DNA of 36,868 nucleotides from positions 1 through 36,868 of the forward strand of contig JWZX01003277.1 of assembly GCA_001275005.1 (NCBI GenBank). The letters are read 5' to 3'. Each line of letters starts with the position of its first letter. The first letter of the stretch is position 1. The stretch is from Chrysochromulina tobinii. Taxonomy: Eukaryota. The notes under the pieces are model-generated. The model was not told where the DNA came from and searched no databases. It saw only the letters and a list, made by a program, of their open reading frames with translations. Positions 1 to 7,724 of the stretch are shown one piece after another. Position numbers and translations under genes: made by a program.

Positions 1-318
1 TGTCCTGGAGCCATCTGCTGTCCTGCGCGTCGTGCGCTGCGGGCGGTGCTGCAGCCACACACTGCAGTCAACGCCTTGGAGCACGTTCGTCGGCCCGAGA
101 CGCAGCATACGCATGTCGTCATCGGGAACGAGCTGGCCGAAGCGGATGCCGGGCAGCGCGATGCTGCGGATGAAGCGAAGCCGCGCCGTGTCATGCTTGT
201 TGTATCGGCCACTCACCGCGCGGCCGCCAGCTGATCGCTTTGGGATCTTCGCAAGTATGGAGCGAAGCTCGGCATCTTCAATGACGAGCTCCTCTGACTT
301 GGGAAGGTTCAGTGACAT
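1..318 (-). CDS. Hypothetical protein, N-terminal part only (runs off the window's left edge)
   Basis: ATG at 318-316 opens a frame with no stop to base 1 (MSLNLPKSEELVIEDAELRSILAKIPKRS...). It is divergent from the gene at 488. No family recognised. Confidence 0.55.
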   Translation of the reverse strand, partial: MSLNLPKSEELVIEDAELRSILAKIPKRSAGGRAVSGRYNKHDTARLRFIRSIALPGIRFGQLVPDDDMRMLRLGPTNVLQGVDCSVWLQHRPQRTTRRTADGSRT

Positions 319-331
319 CGTAGCGCTACAC

Positions 332-413
332 CAGTGCGCGGCCACGCTTCGCAGTGGGGCGGCCACGCTTCGCAGTGGGGCGGCCACGCTTCGCCAGTGG
401 GGCGGCCACGCTT
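332..413. repeat. About 4 copies of a 21-bp tandem repeat (CAGTGGGGCGGCCACGCTTCG) in a 169-bp divergent intergenic region
   Basis: Copies read directly, starting at 332, 352, 373 and 395. Confidence 0.9.
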
Positions 414-487
414 TCCCCACTCCCGAAAAATCGCCTTCCCCGAAAAAAGCCTCAAAGTTTGGGCGGCACTGCGTTGTGAGCAACTCT

Positions 488-3223
488 ATGAGCCTGTCGG
501 GCAAGACGATCGTGTTCTGGGCGAAGAAGGCCAAACACATTGAGCAAATATGCATGCGAGCGCGAGACGGAGAGGAGGTCACGCTGTCTCACGATGGAGC
601 GGCCGCCACGCGAGCACTGTGCCTCATCTGCCTCGAGGAGGTCATCACGCTCCGCGGGCTCGCCTGCCCCGAGGGCCACCTAATCTGCTCGGCATGCCTT
701 CAAAGGTACATCTGCAGCCTCGCTGGCTCGGCAAAGTTGCGCAGCTCGAATGGCGCCCTCGACTGCCTCGGCGCCCACCAGCAGGCGTTCTCTTTTGGCC
801 GCAGCATGGTCGAGCCCCTCCTCTTTGGAGATGCGCTGCGGCTCTACCTCGAGACGATGGAGACGACGGAGACGACGGAGACGCCGGGCGAGGGAGAAGT
901 GCAGTGCACCCCCGAGTCGATACAGTCAGAGCTCCACGAGGCCCTGAACCTCAGCTGCCCATCTTGCGAGATGTTCTGCGACCCGGATCCAGACGGTTGC
1001 ATCGCGATGAAATGCAGCAGCTGCAACGTGGCGTTCTGCTGGATGTGCTTTCAGCCCTGCGGCCGCGATGCGCACCCTCACTGCCGCGAGGTGCATGGTG
1101 GATACTTTCCGCCGAGAACTGTAGTGAACCAATGGCATCGGCGGCTCCGATGGCGCCAGGTCGACAGGGTGTTGCAGCGCGCGTTTGGGGAGCGCCCGGC
1201 GCCGAAGCTCGCGGTGGGGGTGGAGGTGCTCAACGGGCTGCTCTCTGGCCTCAAGAACTCTTTCGGCCGGCTCTTCAAGTTCGTCCCGTCTGCGGAGGGG
1301 GTTGGCGCAGCCGATGTGGCGGCAACGGCGGCAGCCAAGGCGGCGACCAAGGGGGAGGCTGCGCGCATCGCGTCCAAGCAAAAGGAGGCCTTGCGGGAGG
1401 AGGCCTTGCGCCTCTGTGCGCGGAATCTCGCCGACAGCGAGATTCGGCTGTGGCCCTTCCCGACCGTGGAGCCGTCAGTGGGAGACATCCTCGAAGTTGT
1501 ACAGCACGTGCAAGCGGCGCAATTTGGGCGGATCGATGAGCTTCGAGCGCTCCTCGACAACACGCCGGAGCTTATCGACCAGGCCAACGACCGCAGCATG
1601 ACTGCGCTCATGGCCGCGGCGCACGGAGGGCACGCTGCAGTCGTCACAATGCTCCTCGAGCGCGGGGCGGACGTTACCTGCCGGGACGATCGTGGGGTGA
1701 GCGCTCTGGACTATGCGATCAGGGAGAACAAGCAGGAGGTGGCGCAGGCGCTCCTGGATTGTGGCGCCAAGGTCGATGCGCTCAAGAAGGGGCTCAGCAT
1801 TGAGTCGGCCACGATGCTTGCCAAGATCGGCGCGGAGAAGGGCATCATGCTCTCGGGCATGACGCGCGACCAGACGGAGGCCAACTTCTCGAACGGGAAC
1901 CTCCGACCCGCCGACACAATCCTGATCGTGTCGGACCTGAAGTTGATGGCGGGGGTGACCACCCTCTTCCTCGGAATCAACAACATCGGCGACGAGGGTG
2001 CCAAGGTGATTGCGGAGGCGCTGAAGGTCCACGCGGTCTTGACCACCCTGCGCCTTGACAATAACAAGATCGGGGTTGAGGGTGCCAAGGCAATCGCTGA
2101 GGCGCTGAAGGTCAACGCGGTGTTGACCACTCTGTCCCTCAACTACAACCAGATTGGGGACGAGGGTGCCAAAGCCATCGCTGAGGCCCTCAAGTCGGGC
2201 ATGGTGGTGGTGACCATCCTGAACCTGGACTCCAACATGATCAGGGGTGAGGGAGCCATCGCGATCGCGGAGGCGCTGAAGGTCAATTCGGTACTCAAAA
2301 ATCTCTCCGTCGCCAACAACAACATCGACGGAGAGGGGGCGCAGCAACTCGCGACAGCAGTCCTCAGCAGCGCATCTCTCGAGGTCTTCTCGGAGATCCC
2401 AATCAAGAAGCTACGTGCAGACGCGCTGACGAAGCTGGACCTGAGAGGCGTTGGGGTCTCCGGCGCCCTCATCCTCTCTGATCTTCTTAAGTTCAGCTTG
2501 GCACTCAAACATTGCAACTTGCTCAAGAATGGCCTTGGTGTTGAGTTGGCCACGATGCTTGCCAAGATTGGCGCAGAGAAGGGCATCATGCTCTCGGGCA
2601 TGACGCACGACCAGACGGAGGCCAACTTCACAAGTCAGTACCTCCAACCGGCCGACTGCATCCTGATCAGGTCTGACCTGCAGTTCATGGCAGTCTTGAC
2701 CAAGCTGTTCCTCTGTGGCAACAACATCGGCGACGACGGTGCCAAGGCGATCGCGGAGGCGCTGAAGATCCACGCGGTGGTGACCACCCTGGACCTGAAC
2801 TCCAACAACATCGGTCCAGTGGGAGCCATTGCGATCGCAGAGGCGCTGAAGGTCAATGCGGTGTTGACCGAGCTCAGGCTCGGGAGCAACTGGATCAGCG
2901 ACGACGGTGCCAAGGCGATCACGGAGGCGCTGAAGGTCAACGCGGTGGTGACCACCCTCTTCCTCTCGATCAACAGCATCGGGGATGAGGGAGCGAAGGC
3001 GATTGCGGAGGCGCTGAAGGTCAACTCGGTGGTGACCACCCTGCACCTGGGCCAGAACCAGATCGGTGCGAAGGGTGCCATCGCGATCGCGGAGGCGCTG
3101 AAGGTCAACACTGTCTTGACCAAGCTGCGGCTTGGTGACAATAACATGGGAGATGCAGGGAAAACAGTGGTACAAAATGCGGTGAAGCTGAAGGGCCGGA
3201 GTGGATTTGAGTTGCTAATGTAG
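488..3223 (+). CDS. RING + RBR-type RING2(Rcat) + ankyrin repeats + RI-like (NLRC3-type) leucine-rich repeats; putative E3 ubiquitin ligase
   Basis: First in-frame ATG after the repeat (MSLSGKTIVF). RING-like CLIC..CPEGHLICSAC. RING2-like CPSC..DGCIAMKCSSCNVAFCWMC..H..C. Ankyrin TALMAAAHGGHAAVVTMLLERGADV. Many 28-aa LxLxxNxIGDEGAKAIAEALKVN repeats. Confidence 0.85.
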   Translation: MSLSGKTIVFWAKKAKHIEQICMRARDGEEVTLSHDGAAATRALCLICLEEVITLRGLACPEGHLICSACLQRYICSLAGSAKLRSSNGALDCLGAHQQAFSFGRSMVEPLLFGDALRLYLETMETTETTETPGEGEVQCTPESIQSELHEALNLSCPSCEMFCDPDPDGCIAMKCSSCNVAFCWMCFQPCGRDAHPHCREVHGGYFPPRTVVNQWHRRLRWRQVDRVLQRAFGERPAPKLAVGVEVLNGLLSGLKNSFGRLFKFVPSAEGVGAADVAATAAAKAATKGEAARIASKQKEALREEALRLCARNLADSEIRLWPFPTVEPSVGDILEVVQHVQAAQFGRIDELRALLDNTPELIDQANDRSMTALMAAAHGGHAAVVTMLLERGADVTCRDDRGVSALDYAIRENKQEVAQALLDCGAKVDALKKGLSIESATMLAKIGAEKGIMLSGMTRDQTEANFSNGNLRPADTILIVSDLKLMAGVTTLFLGINNIGDEGAKVIAEALKVHAVLTTLRLDNNKIGVEGAKAIAEALKVNAVLTTLSLNYNQIGDEGAKAIAEALKSGMVVVTILNLDSNMIRGEGAIAIAEALKVNSVLKNLSVANNNIDGEGAQQLATAVLSSASLEVFSEIPIKKLRADALTKLDLRGVGVSGALILSDLLKFSLALKHCNLLKNGLGVELATMLAKIGAEKGIMLSGMTHDQTEANFTSQYLQPADCILIRSDLQFMAVLTKLFLCGNNIGDDGAKAIAEALKIHAVVTTLDLNSNNIGPVGAIAIAEALKVNAVLTELRLGSNWISDDGAKAITEALKVNAVVTTLFLSINSIGDEGAKAIAEALKVNSVVTTLHLGQNQIGAKGAIAIAEALKVNTVLTKLRLGDNNMGDAGKTVVQNAVKLKGRSGFELLM

Positions 3224-3900
3224 GAATCCTAGAATGTACCAGTATTCATAGATTGTGCGAGCACTGACGATGAACATGTAAAGTTCGCTGCTGCGTGTCG
3301 TCTGTGAAAGTGTGGAAGCTCCGCTCCGCCGTTTAGGTATCGGCTATCGCGTCGTAAACCGCTACCGGATTCGACGGTCGCAATAGCCAATACGGTATAC
3401 GCGTCTCGCGAGGTTTTGGCTTTTTCGGATAAACATTCTGTATTCTCGGACGTAAGCTCATTAAGGGATTGAATGAGAATGTTTAGAATGCCGCGGGAGC
3501 TTCGACGCCATGGCGCGAGCCCCCAAAATCGAAAATGATAAATGTGAAAATTCATCTGTCGCTTTAAACTTACATTGTTACATAATCACGTGAAATTACT
3601 GCAAACCGACCGTCGCCGCGTCGGTTTGGACGGCGAGCACGCGCGCGCTTGTAGCGGGGTATGTAGGAAGCGGCGATTGTCCCCGGACTCTGGCCCGGCG
3701 GTGGTGGGACGGATTAGACTGAGTGACGAAAAGACCAACCGAACAGAAGAATGCCGCGCTATTCTTGCGTTGTGCGAGCCTCCAGACACCAGAGACTGGA
3801 TGGACCCGTGCCACCTATGTATAGCTTTCAGCCCCTACCGCCGCCTACACGCCGGAGTATCCATAGAGCCCACCCCGTGTCATTCCCCCGGCCCCTACCC

Positions 3901-4021
3901 CCTAGCCCGGCCCATTCGGGCGTCACTCGGCGGGTGGTTACTAATTGCGTGGACCGCTCAGGCCAATGGTGCTGCGTGCATGCACCTAGCCCGGCCCATT
4001 CGGGCGGCACTTGGCGGGTGG
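3901..4021. repeat. Imperfect ~37-bp direct repeat; one copy holds the last codons and stop of the C78 peptidase gene
   Basis: CCTAGCCCGGCCCATTCGGGCG(T/G)CACT(C/T)GGCGGGTGG at 3901-3937 and 3985-4021. Confidence 0.8.
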
Positions 4022-6481
4022 CGCGCTTCCAATGTGCTGCGTGCATGCATCCTCGGGCGAGCGCACGAGCTCACGGTCGATACTCGTGTGCGCCCAGCCC
4101 GGGAGCAAGCGCAGGATTTGGTACGGCCCTGCCTCACCGCCCGGGCCCGTTTCCGACTCGAGCGACTCCTGGCTATTCACCTTATCCCGGGTGACGCGCG
4201 GGCCGGTGCGCCGTGCGTCCCATGATACGTACTGCCACCAGAGCTGGTTCGGGTCCGTGCGACCGTTGGGGTTCGTCAGGGCGCTGAGCAGCTGCTCAGT
4301 CGCGCGGATCGGGTTGAAGATGAGAAGGTGGCGCTCGGGTTTCCCTAAGCGGTGCAGTTTGCGATAGCATGCACCCACGATGACCACAGCATGGCCTGCC
4401 CATTGTAGGTAGAGTGGAGGGCACTGGCAACGGTGAAGACCGCCACCGCGTAAAGACGAGGGGGCCATGCCATCGCCGTGCAGATCAGCGCCTTCGCCAC
4501 CGCCGTCGCCGCCGAACTCCGGGAGGCCGGCAATGCCGCCGCCGCCGCCGGCGGCGCCGCGCTCGCCTTCGCAGTGCGCATCAAAGTGGCTCCAGACCCA
4601 ACGGAACAGGAGCTCTGATGCCGTGGCCTCGCCTTCGGGCCCATCAATAAGGTCGTGCAGCTCGGCGCGGCAGCCGGCCCACCGAAGGACCGCCCACATA
4701 TCCGAGGCACCCATGAGCTTCAGGTGCGGCTGCACGATCGGCCCGCCGGCGTACTCGAGCACATCCAACGGCGAGCTCGCGGGAGATCGACCCATTGGAT
4801 GACCGCCGCCCGGGAGTGTGCTGCCGCCAGCGAGAGCGAGGGCCTGGAATCCACTCCCAATGTCGCGTAACGGGTTCCAAGGCGCCGTCGCGGGCGCCGA
4901 CGCGGGCGCCGACGCGGGCGCCGACGCGGCCGCGGTTCTCGATGTGGGGCTGGCGGACGAGGCGGCGGCCGCCACCGACGCGGGCATGCTCGGCGCCGCG
5001 GCTCTCGGCGCGGCCGCCTCTGCGGCTGACGCTGCGGGAGGCACGGTTGGCAGCCGCGGCGGCGGGCGCGGCGGCGGCAGCGGCAGCGGCTCGCACACGA
5101 GCTGCCCAGTTTCGTCCCGTGGTTCCTTTCCAAACGGCTCCTGCATGTGCATGGTCGAGTTTCCGAGCTGCTGCGCTCCGTCGGTGTCCCACCCCGCACG
5201 CCATGCCTCACGAAGCGTGCGCTGCAGCCGGCGCACCGAGGGCACCGCGCGGCTGACGTGGCGTGCACTCGGAGCGTCCAGGAAGATTTCGCGTGCGCTC
5301 GGCCAGCGGCGCTGCTGCCAGCGCTGCTGGGCCATCACGTACGAGATCAACATCTGGGCGGACCGGTACGCGCAACTCTTGTCGGAGCGATCCTGGGCAA
5401 GGTGGAGCACGGGGCCCGCGCACAGTAGCGCGTGCAGCCAGCCGCCGTCCTCGACAGCCCGGGCCGCCATCGCTTCGATGCACGTGGCGAGCAGCGGCAG
5501 CACGTGCGACGATCGCGGCGCGGAGATCTCCACCGACTCGGCGAGCGGCGGCATGCGGCGCGCGAGGCTGGTCAGAGTGTAGCGGGCGAGCGCCGGCACG
5601 GCGGCCGCGTAGAGGGCGCGGTCGACTCGGGCGAGGCGGCCGAGCGTCGTCGTGGGCGTCTGCTGGAGCGCAGCTGCGCCCCTCTCGCCGTGGCGTGCAG
5701 CCACCTCGGGCAGCATCGACAAGATATGTTCGAGGAGCCATGCATGCGTCTGCGGGTCGACTGCCACCCCGAGGCGCTCGTGCAAGCTGCTCTCGCACGC
5801 GCGCAGCCTGTCCGTGCACACGTGCAGGGACTCGGAGCCGTTGCAAGGGGCCACAAGCCAGTGCTCGCCGCCAGGCAAGACGCTCGAGCTCAGCACCGCC
5901 ACCTCCTCACCGTCCAGCTCGGGTCGTTCCACGATGCCGTGTAGCGTCGCGTGGCAGCCTGCGCGCACCTCGACTGACGACGGCTTCACAGCAGCGCTCG
6001 CCGCCGGGCTATGCGACGCAGCAGCCGGGCTCGTGCCGTTCGGCGCTGGCGGTGTCGATACCGCGTGCTTCTCGCGAGTCGCCACGGCCGATGGGGATGT
6101 ACCTTTGGGTGAACCTTGGGTACTGGCGGGCGAGCTGGTACCAAGAGCCTCGAGCGGTGGCAGCACTTGGCGTGGCGAAGGCGATGCCGCCTCGCCGTTT
6201 GGCGCGCGAGCTCGCACGATCGCCCCAGGTCCTTTATTGAAGAGACCTGCAAAGGCCCCCAGCCTCGCACTGTCTCCCTGAGGGCTCCGGCTCCGAACCC
6301 TCGCACTGTCTCCTCCGGGTTGCAGCGGCGGCAGGTCTCGAGGAGAGCTCGAGCCATCGCCCGCGCTGAGCGGCCCGCCAAGGCGCCGTCGGAAGGCCGA
6401 CGCGCCGCGCGTTGCGTGCGAAATGGTGACCGGAATCGTGGATAACCTCGTTGAACTGCTGAAGTGGAGGGCGCCGCTCAC
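3986..6481 (-). CDS. Peptidase C78 family, ZUP1/Mug105-like deubiquitinase with long N-terminal extension; start uncertain
   Basis: Motifs DKSCAYRSAQMLIS, VPSVRRLQRTLREAWRAGWDTDGAQQL, MGASDMWAVL, LFRWVWSHF, PPLYLQWAGHAVVIVG and LLIFNP are colinear with ZUP1 (GCGYRNFQMLLS / AWKEGFDPQGA / PPIYLQHQGHSRTVIG / LLIxDP). The first in-frame ATG is at 5716. Confidence 0.8.
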   Translation of the reverse strand: MSGALHFSSSTRLSTIPVTISHATRGASAFRRRLGGPLSAGDGSSSPRDLPPLQPGGDSARVRSRSPQGDSARLGAFAGLFNKGPGAIVRARAPNGEAASPSPRQVLPPLEALGTSSPASTQGSPKGTSPSAVATREKHAVSTPPAPNGTSPAAASHSPAASAAVKPSSVEVRAGCHATLHGIVERPELDGEEVAVLSSSVLPGGEHWLVAPCNGSESLHVCTDRLRACESSLHERLGVAVDPQTHAWLLEHILSMLPEVAARHGERGAAALQQTPTTTLGRLARVDRALYAAAVPALARYTLTSLARRMPPLAESVEISAPRSSHVLPLLATCIEAMAARAVEDGGWLHALLCAGPVLHLAQDRSDKSCAYRSAQMLISYVMAQQRWQQRRWPSAREIFLDAPSARHVSRAVPSVRRLQRTLREAWRAGWDTDGAQQLGNSTMHMQEPFGKEPRDETGQLVCEPLPLPPPRPPPRLPTVPPAASAAEAAAPRAAAPSMPASVAAAASSASPTSRTAAASAPASAPASAPATAPWNPLRDIGSGFQALALAGGSTLPGGGHPMGRSPASSPLDVLEYAGGPIVQPHLKLMGASDMWAVLRWAGCRAELHDLIDGPEGEATASELLFRWVWSHFDAHCEGERGAAGGGGGIAGLPEFGGDGGGEGADLHGDGMAPSSLRGGGLHRCQCPPLYLQWAGHAVVIVGACYRKLHRLGKPERHLLIFNPIRATEQLLSALTNPNGRTDPNQLWWQYVSWDARRTGPRVTRDKVNSQESLESETGPGGEAGPYQILRLLPGWAHTSIDRELVRSPEDACTQHIGSAPPAKCRPNGPG

Positions 6482-6645
6482 GAGGAGTGGTGGCTCAGCA
6501 CGAGCTGGCGCGCGTGTCGTTTCTCGTTTTTAGCGGAGAAAAAGGTCAGCTGATGCGGGGGCAATCTTCGTGTCAGTAAAGTGACCAGGCTGATCTACTC
6601 CACATAGTGCTCCACCGCTCCCCGCGTGTGTGGGCACCGCGTGCG

Positions 6646-7499
6646 TCAGGGCGTGGCCGCAGCTTTGGGCTCTCCGTCCTCGCCAGCATGGGGCTCTCCG
6701 TCCTCATCGTTGTGGTCGCCGTGCCGCGGATGATGGTCCTCATAGTCGGGCATCTCGCGCTCGCGCTCGCCGTCGCCGCCGCCGCCGCCGCCCTCGTGCC
6801 CGTCCAGGTGCTCGTCTTTATGCTCGCCGTGCTCCTCGTCGTGCGCAGGGTCGGCGTGGTCGTCTCCGTAGGCGTGGTGGTCGTCCGCGTCGTTGTGGTC
6901 GTAGCGATGGTGCCCGTAGGCGTCCGGGTCGTGCGGGTATCCGCGATACCGCCCATAGCGTCGGTGATGGTAGTCATCCCCGTCGTCGTCGTATCCGTAG
7001 TGGTGCAAACGGTCCATGTACTCGTCGTCGTCGGGCATTTGACTGCCGGGTGGCTGGGCCGCATCAGATGCCGCGCCATCGGTGTGCGTCGCGGGCCAGC
7101 AATCGCTCTGGCAGCCCAGCGAGACTGAGCAGAACGCCTCACCATTTCCGCACCAGCCGTGCGACGAGCAGCAGTGACCCTTGCCGCATCGCGTCTCGCC
7201 AAACCAGTCGCTCTGAAAGTCCTTGCCGCACCGACCGTCGCCGCGCATCCCAAACCATACCCTCACGACCTCTGTGCGCAATAGAATCGTACAGGCGAGC
7301 GCGCGCGTCAGCCTGTGGGTCTTGGGGCTGAGTCTGGCCGGGTTCGCATCACGGTGCAGGGTGCGCGCGTACCATCGTCGTCCTGCTCGTGCGTATAGTG
7401 GTAGAAGAAGACGATGTACGCGGCGATCGATCCTACGAACGTGCCGACGAGCACGCGCGGCTTGCGCATGAAGCGGTGCGACGGCTTCGTCGTCTCCAT
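6646..7499 (-). CDS. Type II membrane protein with hevein-like chitin-binding (CBM18) domain and His/Asp/Tyr-rich tail; exons 7499-7373 and 7271-6646, 250 aa
   Basis: Exon 1 encodes METTKP..VLVGTFVGSIAAYIVFFY (one TM) and splices in frame to RCGKDF..RCGKGHCCSSHGWCGNGEAFCSVSLGCQSDC, the hevein CCSxxGWCG signature. Confidence 0.8.
7272..7372 (-). other. Spliceosomal intron, 101 nt, phase 1
   Basis: GTACGC donor and GCACAG acceptor; removal joins the TM exon to the hevein frame. Confidence 0.75.
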
Positions 7500-7724
7500 A
7501 CCTTCGCGACGCCGAAAGAGAGCACACGACACGTCAACAAGCTTGCAAATCAGGGGCTGGGAGCCCCTTTTGCAAATCGGGCCTTGCCGATCGGAAGGTT
7601 TCCACGAGCACGCGGATGCTGGTCAATCAGTCACTGATACGGCGCGTCGAAACCGCACGAGCAAAAGACTTCCGACCCCGCAGGACACCGCGCGAAGAAA
7701 GGCTCAAGGCATTTACAAAACGTC

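Noticed and set aside
32..487. N-terminal 152 codons of the 1063-aa ORF
   Set aside because: GTG start; it is antisense to a better minus-strand ORF (318->1) and crosses the promoter repeat. ATG 488 is preferred.
3229..3900. ORFs 3229-3555(-) and 3575-4225(+) in the lower-GC gap
   Set aside because: No recognisable domain or coding-like composition; likely UTR or intergenic sequence between convergent genes.
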